From positions 868,001 through 932,000 of the forward strand of contig CM120642.1 of assembly GCA_051362555.1 (NCBI GenBank): DNA of 64,000 bases, in the 5' to 3' direction. The notes under the pieces are model-generated. The model did no database searches. It saw only the letters and a list, made by a program, of their open reading frames with translations, and was not told the DNA's origin. The stretch comes from Lingula anatina. Taxonomy: Eukaryota; Animalia; Brachiopoda. Shown here piece after piece: positions 1 to 12,261 of the stretch (the stretch's first letter is position 1; the number at the start of each line of letters is the position of its first letter). The position numbers were made by a program, and so were the translations under genes.

Positions 1-1237
1 GTATGAAAAATTTCCCATTTTTGTATGGATATTGCTTTACCTGGTATATTGAATACCTCATAAAATTAGATTTTTGTTTTCTGTAAGAATTCTGAAGTGA
101 ATTTACATTTTTGGATCGTTGGCAAATAGCATATTTTTCTATTAGATAAATATAAGCTTCCTCTGATCAGGAGAATTTTAATTACTGCGGAATCTGGACT
201 AACCTAGCCTGAGATGGCATGCTTATCCTGGTAAGATAAATCCTGGTCTCATGAGGCCATGCCGTCAGTACGAGCATAGGCCCTTTTTTGTCGTCTTTCG
301 GAAGTAGGCATATATTATTTCCTGCAATGTTATTTTGTGTTGATGTTGAAGAAATAATAACTTTTCTCAATGCTTGTTCCCGAATCAAAAGTTTTCAGCC
401 CTTCTGTGATGAAGGTGAGGGTGACAAGTATGGAGGGGGTGGACTGGTTAATGGACGTCCCGCCGGATAGCACGATAGACAGGATAAAGGTATCGGGTTC
501 TCTTAATTAAGTTAAAAGAAATGACATGATTTTCATTGAAACTGAAAGTAAAAAGCGAATGTTATGTAGTTCTTTCAAGTGCAACTTACGTTCTACATTT
601 TAATGTTTCTTCTTTTCAAATCAGAGTACTCAAATTTGCTATGATCCAGCTACTAGTAAGCTCTTTGAAGATGCATACATTCATGAGTAGTGTTATCATC
701 ATTGCATTATTTTCAGATAATTTTAAATAAAATTATGAACGTGGAGTCTGAAGATATTTTGACCAAGGATTCAGCTGATGCCATCGTACTGGAACTCTTT
801 ATCTTGCTTGCACACTCCCATAAATTGCTGCTCCCTCACTTACTGTAAAAGAAAACAGAAACAGTATCAAGAAGAAACACACAGTTGCAGAGCAGCTCAC
901 ATTCATTTGTGGTGTGCCTAAATTGCACAGTACAGCACAACACAGCAGAATACACTTGAAAAAATGAGGCCAGTTGCAATTAAACAAAGGAAATGGTCAA
1001 CTCCAACAAAATAGGTTGACATGAAAGAGAAATATATTACTAGGAAATCAGTGTTGTTGATCGATGCAACTTAACAATATTTTACTAACAGCTGGACTTT
1101 TTTAAGTGTATTGTGAAATGTTGTGCTGTATTGCACAATTTAGCCCCCCCCCCCCTCATTTGTGTGTTTCGTTCTTGACATTTGCCATGGTAGAAAATGA
1201 AGCAGTTCTATTTAAATTTAGTTTGTGTAACTTTCAG

Positions 1238-3456
1238 ATTATGGCTAGCAGTCATTTCTACACTCCAGCTGCTGGGATGAAGGCATCTACATATCACAAG
1301 TTAATCCTGGTGAGATCTTTGTATAGGTTACCAGTTAATATAACTTTCAGATCATGGCTAGCAGTCATTTCTACACTCCAGCTGCTGGGATGAAGGCTTC
1401 TACATATCACAAGTTAATCCTGGTGAGATCTTTGTATAGGTTACCAGTTAATATAACTTTCAGATCATGGCTAGCAGTCATTTCTACACTCCAGCTGCTG
1501 GGATGAAGGCATCTACATATCACAAGTTAATCCTGGTGAGATCTTTGTATAGGTTACCAGTTAATATAACTTTCAGATCATGGCTAGCAGTCATTTCTAC
1601 ACTCCAGCTGCTGGGATGAAGGCATCTACATATCACAAGTTAATCCTGGTGAGATCTTTGTATAGGTTACCAGTTAATATAACTTTCAGATCATGGCTAG
1701 CAGTCATTTCTACACTCCAGCTGCTGGGATGAAGGCATCCACATATCACAAGTTAATCCTGGTGAGATCTTTGTATAGGTTACCAGTTAATATAACTTTC
1801 AGATCATGGCTAGCAGTCATTTCTACACTCCAGCTGCTGGGATGAAGGCATCTACATATCACAAGTTAATCCTGGTGAGATCTTTGTATAGGTTACCAGT
1901 TAATATAACTTTCAGATCATGGCTAGCAGTCATTTCTACACTCCAGCTGCTGGGATGAAGGCATCTACATATCACAAGTTAATCCTGGTGAGATCTTTGT
2001 ATAGGTTACCAGTTAATATAACTTTCAGATCATGGCTAGCAGTCATTTCTACACTCCAGCTGCTGGGATGAAGGCATCCACATATCACAAGTTAATCCTG
2101 GTGAGATCTTTGTATAGGTTACCAGTTAATATAACTTTCAGATCATGGCTAGCAGTCATTTCTACACTCCAGCTGCTGGGATGAAGGCATCCACATATCA
2201 CAAGTTAATCCTGGTGAGATCTTTGTATAGGTTACCAGTTAATATAACTTTCAGATCATGGCTAGCAGTCATTTCTACACTCCAGCTGCTGGGATGAAGG
2301 CATCCACATATCACAAGTTAATCCTGGTGAGATCTTTGTATAGGTTACCAGTTAATATAACTTTCAGATCATGGCTAGCAGTCATTTCTACACTCCAGCT
2401 GCTGGGATGAAGGCATCCACATATCACAAGTTAATCCTGGTGAGATCTTTGTATAGGTTACCAGTTAATATAACTTTCAGATCATGGCTAGCAGTCATTT
2501 CTACACTCCAGCTGCTGGGATGAAGGCATCTACATATCACAAGTTAATCCTGGTGAGATCTTTGTATAGGTTACCAGTTAATATAACTTTCAGATCATGG
2601 CTAGCAGTCATTTCTACACTCCAGCTGCTGGGATGAAGGCATCCACATATCACAAGTTAATCCTGGTGAGATCTTTGTATAGGTTACCAGTTAATATAAC
2701 TTTCAGATCATGGCTAGCAGTCATTTCTACACTCCAGCTGCTGGGATGAAGGCATCCACATATCACAAGTTAATCCTGGTGAGATCTTTGTATAGGTTAC
2801 CAGTTAATATAACTTTCAGATCATGGCTAGCAGTCATTTCTACACTCCAGCTGCTGGGATGAAGGCATCCACATATCACAAGTTAATCCTGGTGAGATCT
2901 TTGTATAGGTTACCAGTTAATATAACTTTCAGATCATGGCTAGCAGTCATTTCTACACTCCAGCTGCTGGGATGAAGGCATCTACATATCACAAGTTAAT
3001 CCTGGTGAGATCTTTGTATAGGTTACCAGTTAATATAACTTTCAGATCATGGCTAGCAGTCATTTCTACACTCCAGCTGCTGGGATGAAGGCATCCACAT
3101 ATCACAAGTTAATCCTGGTGAGATCTTTGTATAGGTTACCAGTTAATATAACTTTCAGATCATGGCTAGCAGTCATTTCTACACTCCAGCTGCTGGGATG
3201 AAGGCTTCCACATATCACAAGTTAATCCTGGTGAGATCTTTGTATAGGTTACCAGTTAATATAACTTTCAGATCATGGCTAGCAGTCATTTCTACACTCC
3301 AGCTGCTGGGATGAAGGCTTCCACATATCACAAGTTAATCCTGGTGAGATCTTTGTATAGGTTACCAGTTAATATAACTTTCAGATCATGGCTAGCAGTC
3401 ATTTCTACACTCCAGCTGTTGGGATGAAGGCATCCACATATCACAAGTTAATCCTG
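1238..3456 (+). repeat. 113-bp tandem array (19 full units plus a terminal copy) made of a UBAC1 exon 5' fragment and a GT-AG spacer
   Basis: Unit = ATCATGGCTAGC...AAGTTAATCCTG (72 nt, IMASSHFYTPAAGMKASTYHKLIL) + GTGAGATCTTTGTATAGGTTACCAGTTAATATAACTTTCAG (41 nt). Copies start at 1238+113n up to 3385, and the last copy continues into the complete UBAC1 exon. Confidence 0.97.
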
Positions 3457-5488
3457 GTCAGGTCTCAACAAACACTAAATGATGACAACACGGCGGCTCA
3501 GGAAGGACTTCAGGACGGAGGTAGACTTTGTTACTGGTATAGGGTACATGGTATTCCCACATGCTGTTGAAATGTATAGCCCCATTCAGAACAAAGGGGA
3601 CAAATTAGTCCAAGGGTCAAATATGGCAAACTCACTTGAATACTTCCCACGGATTAAATCTATTCACTGTGTATCAGCGGATTAGACAGCAAACTTTGTA
3701 GTGGGTCGCCATATTTGACCCTCGGACTTGTTAGTCTCCTATTCTGAATAAGGCCTATGAGGCAGTAGGGTGCACTTGGTATATGCTGTTGAAATACAAG
3801 TATTAAGAAAAAGTAAACTTGGGAATATTTGGCACGGTATGCTGACCAGACTGACAGTATGCTGCAATAGTTGTAATATGCTAAATGGCATTGTGTACGT
3901 GCATGATGCCATTTAAAATGTTAGTGACATTGCATCTGTTTTCAAAATGCCCAAAGTGAGTTTTTTCCCAAAAAGTTTGGAAAATACTTCTTCTTCCGAG
4001 AAATATACTAGTATAATGTAAGGTAACTTTCACTGTAGATGAGCTGCTGCTGGTCAAGAAGAGGCTTCAGCCACCTGTATTTGAAGAGCAGTCAAAGGTA
4101 GACACAGAAATATATCATAAATATACCTACAACTGTACAAGGTGATAATATTCAATACTCTCCATCAATATGGGCATTTTTACAATCCTGGGCTCCTTTT
4201 TTTCCCACCAAGGGTCAAAAATAGAAGTCATTATTGTGTTGATATTTGTACTTTTCTTGAAAGTATAGACCTGAAGGGTATAAGAAATGACAATCCCGAG
4301 ATAAAACCTTGTGTATGTATAAAGATATGATTATTTGAATTTTGAAAATCATTTTTTTAATTTTCATAAGCTAAACCTTGAAGTGTGTGACTTTTATGAT
4401 AATTTAAGGCATTGATCTCCAAGAAACCACTTAGTTTTACTCAGAGAGTATTGCTCTGTTATGTATTTGGAAAAAAAATGGATGAAAATATCCAAAATTT
4501 GACGAATCAATGATATTTTGTAATTTTCCTGTTTCAGTATTAAATGTGACTCCATGAAGTTTTTTATTCTGAGATATTCTGAGGACTTCTGTACTTCACT
4601 TTACCTTGCATTAGTTCTTTATGTTATGCTTCATGATTGTGTAAAATATTATTTTGCAGGGACATGTGTGCTAATTGCAGTGTCATGTTAAAATAAATGT
4701 CCTTTCCGAAACATCCCTGTTTCGGAAAGGACATTTTTTTTAACATTTATGATATTGTTTTATTTTATTGTAGTATTTGAGTTTATAAGTCTATTGTAGT
4801 ATTTGAGTTTATAAGTCTATGAATAACTGGGCAAAATAGGTGGAAGCTGAACTAAAATTGAAGTCTTTTTATTACATTTTGTGCTTGTTTTGTCTATTCT
4901 GTACTAGTAATTTGGTACTGGAATTTTATTTTATTAAATATTGATTCTGAGATATATTCCAGGTATTCTTTACGCCATTACACCTTATTCCAGTTTCTTT
5001 TGTTACAGTTCATAGCTGTATAAAATATTATTTGACAATGTCAGATTTACCAACAGTAAAGACATGTTTAAAAATATGTCCTTTTAGACATGTCCTTGTT
5101 TCAGAATGGACATTACTTTAACATTTATGAAATTGCCTTAAGATCTCATAGTATGTTGGTTTATAAGGTACAGCAATCATTGGACAAAATATGAGTTAAC
5201 TAGATTAAAACTGAACTGTTTTTATTACATTAATTGGTCATTTTGGATAGTTTTTGATTCTTTTTTGAAATGTTACTCCATTAGTATTTGATCATGATAT
5301 AAAACAGAGTCTTCTACACTCCATTATACCCTATTCTACTTCCTTTTGTTACAGCTTATAGCTGTATAAAATATTATTTGACAAGGTCAGGTTTAAATTT
5401 AGTAATTACATTTTTAAATATGTCCTTTTAGGCATGTCCTGTGTTTCGGAATGGACATTTATTTAACATTTACGAAATTGCTTAAATG

Positions 5489-5577
<89 letters not shown>

Positions 5578-8500
5578 TATCATGATGTATGTATATATTA
5601 TAAATAATCACAGGAAGTTAATTATAACCTGTGTCTGCCTGCAAGCGCCTCTGTAAACCGTGCCAGTGAACTGACTCTCGCAACTTTAACGTGTAGCCTC
5701 ATAACTATTTTCAAATACTTTTATGTACATCATAAGCAATATTTCAAGTAAGCTATATTATTCAAAATTATATTCTACATAAATTTGATGTGCTTCTCAT
5801 CATCCTCTTCCTCATGAATAATAAACAGATGAGCAGACCAAAGAGTAAACAACTGTTTTAGACAATGTGTTAAAAATGTCCTTTCCAATACAAAGCATCC
5901 AAATTGCCTATATTTCTATTTATACTGATATAATCTTTTCAATTAATTGTTAATTTAACTTTGAAATACATGAACTTTGGGAAAATATGCAATGGAAGTT
6001 CTAGTAGATCCAAAGAAAAGATGCTGACTCGCAAAAATTTTTTTTTTTGTTGAAGATATATATAGAAATGTAAAAAGATGCCATTGAAGAAATGTTTTTC
6101 TATTATTTTTATGTCATATGCATGATGCTCTAACAGTAATTTGCTCATGTCAAGTGAAACATACAGCATTAAAGACAAAATTTTCTCTATTTATAACATT
6201 GGCAATGTAAAGGTACTTTGTTTCGGAATGGACAATTTTTAACAAGCATCTCAAAAAAGGCCACAGTTAAATGGGTTTCTGTGCACTGGGGTTTTCTTAT
6301 ATAAAAATAAATGTCACATGTCCTGGGCTTTAGAGAAATATATATTGTTACAGGCTAGGTGTCAACATGTTCTTTTTATGTAAGAGAAACCCAATGTTTC
6401 GGAATGGACAAATTTAACGGAAAAACACGGTAGGGTTATTTTGCACTCCATGTCAAGCTCCAGAATCATCGTGCAGATTTCATTATTTGATACAAACAAT
6501 ACCAATACATCCAAATAATGATTAGGATGATTAATTATACTGTATGTTTTATGACATGTTTTCTGAAAGTAATTTATTTTTGTTTCGGAATGGACATTTC
6601 GTTTAACGGAAATACCAGCATGCCATTAAAAGACTTTTTTTCTAGGATACACCTCTCTCCTGTTAATATTTAAACTTTTTTGCTTCCACCATACTACTGA
6701 GCGTTTTATAATCCAAAAAAATGCCATGTCAAACACTGTTCTATTTTATTTCAGATTGCTTTTTATTTCATATGACTAAAACGGGAAAATTTTTTGGTCA
6801 TTTTTCGGGCTTTGCTTTAGCATAACTTTGGACTCGGTGGTGATATTTGGTTTCTATTTTCAGTGTTTATCTTCACTTACACCATTCTCTAACATAGTGA
6901 TAAAAGAATTATTTGATGATATGTATGTAATTTGTTAATTAGCAATATGTGGGAAAATCTGAAAAGTGCCCAGGATTGTAAAAATGCCCATATTTGGATG
7001 ATTCAAATGAAAGTGTGCTTTGATATACAGTAAATTGCCATCATCTCAGACAGAGAAATAATAGTGCATGATGTCATACAAGAATAGAAAAGTTAGAGAA
7101 TCTGCATGAAACGTTGTTTACTCCAGTATCCTCAATATATAAATTTTATGGTTATTTTTGAGACTACAGGATAACTGGATTTGTTTTATAAATGAGTAGT
7201 CCTCATAACATTTCCTTGAAGTTATTTCCAGAAGGGTCATAACATAAAGTGGGATGGCAATAAAAATGTGTATTTCTCTTCTAGAAGGCAGACCAGAGAC
7301 ACCGAGCTCCTACAAAAGAAGAGATCTGCGCGGCCACAGTAGCTGTCCCCATCAAGAACGCGGAGGCCGCGGCACCAGAGGAGGAGGAAGTGGTGGATGT
7401 AAGTGCCTCAAGTTGGTAATATAACTGATCTCATAACCAGACTGGGTATTAACACTGAATGCACTCCAGGCTGAAGGGAAAGCTAGATATTACAGGCCCT
7501 GCTTGGATATTGTAAACTCATCTATTTTTTACTGAGACACAAGATGTGCCCACATGTACATATTTTATCTGGTTCCCTTTGTCCAAATTTTATTTTTTAT
7601 TTATTTATTTTTTTAACAACTGGACCATTTGCACTGATGAATACATTCTTTCATCAAATTTCAAGCCTGGAACTCTTGTCGACACTGTTTATTGCTCACA
7701 ATTGTTTTTACTTTCAGTTTCACTCTGAAATGCGCAAGATATTGATTTCATTGATAGAAGCTGGACAGCGACTTCTCTGCCTGAATCCAAAAGCTGCCAA
7801 AATCTTCAGGGAAGCACAAGGTACATGTAATGATAGAAATAAAAAGGATGATTTATTGTGGTGATGTGTGAAAGCACAATATATATTGAAGGGGAAATAA
7901 AAATGGTGAAATTTTATGTATTTTGCTTGTGAAAATATTCACATATTTAAATCCATATATTTTGACTTCTTGGCATTTTCATGATGAAAGAACATGCTTG
8001 TGTTACTCCAGATTTAATGGACCAGCAGAATGACCCTGTAGTTCACGTAGAGCCAGGAACACTGAAGCAGCTGACAGAAATGGGGTTCCCAGAGAACAGA
8101 GCTACCAAAGCACTGATACTGAACAAGTTAGTATGGAAAAAAACGGCCTAGCAATGATATATATATTCAATTTTCACCACGGCACAGACTCCATGAGACC
8201 ATATTTAAGTCTCTGTGTTCACAAAATTTCCACATAGACTAATTGAGGCCGTTGACAAAGTTTTCACAAAGACGTTCATACTTAAGCCTGTTTTAGGAAG
8301 GTCATGGGTAAGTTGATGTTAACAAAATAAGTTTCAACTTCAGTTTGTTTCCCCTACCCCTACTTTGAAAGCCATTGTGTAATCCTTTAGTTTCTGAAAG
8401 CAGATCAAAGAGTGGTAATTGCATATATAGTAATTTCTCATCAAATGTGGCAACAACATAAAATACTTTCCACCCTGTGAATTTTGCCTGCCCCTGTTTC

Positions 8501-10876
8501 AGTATGTCCCCAGTCCAAGCCATGGAATGGTTACTAGAACATGATAGTGATGTAGACATTGACGAGCCATTGCCAGAAATGAAAGCTGCTCAGAAAAAGG
8601 TCCAGAAGGTTGGTTTCTCATAATTCTACTTCAGAGATTTTACCTCTGTATCAGCTAGTCATTTACGTGGTAATATAGATATATATATATAATTGCTTTG
8701 AAGTTTGGATTGATCAGTTGACCAAAATTTGTTTTGTGTGAAAGAATATTTCAGGTAACTCCTAACATTTTTGGCATGCACTTATGCATATCTATGCCAA
8801 CACACACGCATGTACACTCATACAAACCTACACATACACAGGGACACACTTGTTTAATCAAGAATAAATTGATCCTGTCGTTTACCATCAGTCCAGTTCT
8901 GATTCCTCCTGTGACAACCACTGAATTGTCCTCTGAAAAACTAAAAAATCTGAATATACACATGGTATATTTCTACAGGATACAGAAGCCACCAGCAAAG
9001 AGAAAACAGACTTCATGAAGCCTGCCAAGGTCTCAGAGATTCTAGACACATTCAAAGCTTATAAGAGAAGAGAGTTCAAGGCAAATCCAAGGGTGAGTTG
9101 ACCTATTTCTTACAGGATAAGGGATGGAAGTCTTTTTGCTTTATCGTGAAATCTGGATATTTGACTGTTGTATTTAGGATTTTCAAAGGTTCACTATCAC
9201 TTTCATCTTTGAGGGATAGATAGATCCAACATGGGTTATTACTTACAGTGGGCTATTTTTTATCAATATTTGTATGAAAAAATAGGTTGTAGATGGGGAC
9301 TTGATGATTACTTAAAGTAAGCAATTTTCATCAATATTTTTGTCAAAGATTTAGGTTTTAAATGGGCAGATATATAGTTAATTTCTGACTTGGTATTAAC
9401 AGAAATCTTTTAATGAATGGAAAACATGAATATTTTTCCCAAGTTTCAAAAAAGAAAAAAAAATCCTGTTGTTTGAAGCAATGCACTTGTGCCAAGTTCA
9501 TGTGAATTGTAGAATTGAAAAATAATTAATTTTTCACAGATTTTGTCATGTTAAGGATATCATAGTGTGGATTTTCAGACCAAACTTTTCTATAAAAAAC
9601 ATTTTCTTACATTCATGAACCATTGCTTACAACTGGAAAATCTCAGAAGCTTTGAAGGATAAAACTATAAGTTTGAGACATTTAAGAATGTGTGGAGAAA
9701 ACATTTTTCATAAAGTTTGAAGAAATCAGTAAACCTCATGTATTCACAAGGATAATGTCTAGTCCTTAAAAGATGTGTGTGTGTGTGTGAGTGTGTGTGT
9801 TATATGTAAGTAAAACTTGGATATGACATATTTCAGGCATTGAGAAATCTCATGGAGATGGGTTTTCCTGAGACAGAAGTTGTGGATGCTCTGCGAGTGT
9901 GTCAGAATAATCAGGATGCAGCAGTAAGTTTATCATCATGAACATAAATGATAATAATAATGGTGATGATGATGATGAACTTGAATGTTAAGTATATACA
10001 GTTTAACACTGCAATCACTTTCTCTCCAATGGTGCTTTTCATGAAAATTTTGATAGAAAAAAATGAAGTTTGCTATTTTGACTTAACTGCTTACTGGTAG
10101 CTCATTATTTGGATACTGATAGTCTTAGTCAACATTTTTAAGCGTAAAGATGAAATCTATATACAGTCAAATTTAAATCCAAAACAACTGCTATATTTTA
10201 TACTAGGCTCAAGAGAATTGTTAATGAATTTGATTCAAAGTGAATAATTGTTTTATTCTTTCAGAGTTCTTATTTTAAAATCTCTAACATGGATGGTATA
10301 TTTTTCTTTTTTTGATGAAACTTAATTTCTTAGTTAAAAAATCATAATATTTTACTTCAAATTTTGTTTAGTGTGAGTGGTTGCTAGGAGACAGACGGCC
10401 ACAGGCTGAAGATTTAGAAGTTGGTTTGAACCCCGAAAGTTCTGTGTACAAGGCTATCATGGCTAACCCTGTGGTACAACTGGGGTTAAATAACCCCAGA
10501 AGTATATTAGGTAAAGGGCATTAAGCCATTTTTGATAACTTTTTCTGACATTTTTTCATATCAATTGTCTTGTATCATGTTTATTTTCTCTCTCTCTCTT
10601 TCTCCCTCCCTCCCTCTCTCTCTCTCTCTCAGTTTGATATATTTTAATTAAGCTGACTTTTTACTTTTTTCCATCTATTATCATGTTAAAATCACACCAT
10701 TTCTCTATTTGATTTCAGCATTTCTCAACATGTTAGAGAATCCTGCCAGCACCAATCATTGGCTGAATGATGCTGACACAGGACCCATGTTAATCCAGAT
10801 AACACGGATATACCACGCAGAGAAACACTCTGGGAACGGCGCGCAAGCCCCTGCTGCAAGCGGTCCTGGTAGCTGA
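3385..10876 (+). CDS. UBAC1: Ubiquitin-associated domain-containing protein 1 (UBAC1/KPC2; UBL-UBA-UBA-STI1), spliced, 5'-partial
   Basis: Exons with AG/GT boundaries and matching phases: 3385-3520, 4039-4097, 7285-7398, 7718-7820, 8012-8126, 8503-8608, 8979-9092, 9837-9923, 10372-10510, 10719-10876 (TGA). Total 1131 nt. The translation contains YHKLIL...DELLLVKKR (UBL), [59 protein letters not shown] (UBA1), [33 protein letters not shown] (UBA2) and NPVVQLGLNNPR...WLNDADTGPMLIQITRIY, all closely matching human UBAC1 as I recall it. The start-codon exon was not found in the window. Confidence 0.95.
3576..3758. mobile_element. Foldback MITE-like element in a UBAC1 intron
   Basis: Imperfect terminal inverted repeats of about 60 bp: ATAGCCCCATTCAGAA...GTCCAAGGGTCAAATATGGC versus GCCATATTTGACCCTCGGAC...TTCTGAATAAGGCCTAT. 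Confidence 0.7.
4172..6989. mobile_element. ~2.8-kb non-autonomous TIR DNA transposon in a UBAC1 intron
   Basis: Perfect inverted repeat AATATGGGCATTTTTACAATCCTGGGC (4167-4193) / GCCCAGGATTGTAAAAATGCCCATATT (6968-6994). Flanks fit a TA or ATAT target duplication. The interior carries the repeated motif TGTTTCGGAATGGACA and degenerate ~370-bp subrepeats, with no long ORF. Confidence 0.8.
5492..5574. repeat. Compound (TA)n(GA)n microsatellite
   Basis: Directly visible. Confidence 0.95.
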
Positions 10877-11449
10877 CTATATGTATAAGCTATGGGTGAC
10901 TGTGTTGACTCATTTTATTAAAAAAACAACAACAAAAAAAAAGGCTATTGACTTGTGTTTAACACAAATGTTCTTTTCTTATAGTCTGGTTATACTGTTT
11001 TATTAAAGCTAGACTTTCAAATGGACAGAATTGTTATAAGAAGATTTAGTTGAAATTAGATTTCATTACTTCATGCAGAAGTAATTTCAAGGATTCAGCT
11101 GGCTGACTCCAAAGCAGACCTTACATGCTTACTTGATAAATACTTTGTTATCAACTAGAAAAATATTTACAAGAGCATGATGTTTTACCTTGTCCTGAAT
11201 GTTCTCTGTTGCCATGCCCATGTGTGCTACTCAAAAATTGTCTGAATCCCATTGGAATCATCTAAGATATCCCTAAGTCTCGTGAGGTTTTGTGAGATTT
11301 GGAGAATGGGTTCAGAAATAATGGCAGAATAGCAAGTGTGGTGTAGCATTGTATTAAAGATTATCTCATCTATCAAGGATATTTTTGTTTTTGTATTTCT
11401 CTTAAATTCTGTAAAATTACAGTTTAGAGCACTTCAGTGCATATTCACC

Positions 11450-11690
11450 ATGTAAACATTGAGAGAGCGCAGACCTCTGCCAAGGCAGCTCAGTTCTCAG
11501 TATTATTTTAATATATTAAAATTAATCAGTATTTATGGAAAAACCACCAAATTCGACTTGATTATAAATTTGGCCATTTTGACCTATCTAGAAAAATTTA
11601 TCAAAATCCGTGCTTAACTTTTTGTGTGAGACGATTAACTAACCAACCACCAATAACAAAATACACGAACTCCTAGGCAGTGGTAATTAA
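11450..11690 (+). mobile_element. Short Helentron-associated (HINE/DINE-like) non-autonomous element
   Basis: Sub-terminal inverted repeats ACCTCTGCCAAGG (~11473) and CCTAGGCAGTGGT (~11672), 11/13 match, with a short (AACC)-type microsatellite before the 3' copy. The family assignment is inferred from architecture only. Confidence 0.5.
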
Positions 11691-12010
11691 CTGTACTACT
11701 GTCAAATAACACATTACTACTTAGATAAAAAAATTACAATATTTGTCTCAAACTTAAGTAAACTTTTTACTTGGCATAAGACGAGAGAAAATAGTGTTCT
11801 TTTAAAATGAAGAGAAGGTGGTGCGCACTTTTGAGTTGGAAACCCAAAGAGTGAAACGCTAAAAGTAAACACACTAGGAAATTTCATTAATTGCTTTTGC
11901 CAAAATTTCAAAAAGGTTCAAACAGTTGTGGTTGTGGAAAATTTCCTAGTTTTAGTATTACAAGACTTGCTATTAATATATATTAATGTTGAACTCGTAA
12001 ACTCATATAG

Positions 12011-12261
12011 AGACTATTCCCAGACCCTATCGTACTAACTTTGGATCGAACTATCTCCAAGGGGATTCTCGCTTAATTGCAATTAACTTAAGCGGCTAAG
12101 ATGTCTGTCACGCCTACTGAAGCTGATAGGGGTAATTAACTATCGTGTAGCAGCTTTACTAGGCGTCCTAGACGCCTAAGCCACTTAAGCTGAAAGCAAT
12201 TTAGCGAGAAAACCCATGGAGATGGACCGATCCTGTTAGATCGATCTAGGGATGGGAACCC
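12011..12261. mobile_element. Foldback MITE family A, copy 1
   Basis: Self-complementary ~250 bp (TTCCCA...GGATCG...CTCGCTTAATTGC / GCAATTTAGCGAG...CGATC...TGGGAA). Related to 14455-14700, 18691-18904 (inverted) and 57589-57820. Confidence 0.8.

Noticed and set aside
1238-3456. 113-bp array as a CRISPR array
   Set aside because: There are no unique spacers, the units are near-identical and derive from a eukaryotic exon, and no cas genes are present.
8172-8225. Possible third P-like footprint (…CCATATTTAAGTCTCTGTG)
   Set aside because: The arms and flanking duplication are too imperfect to call.
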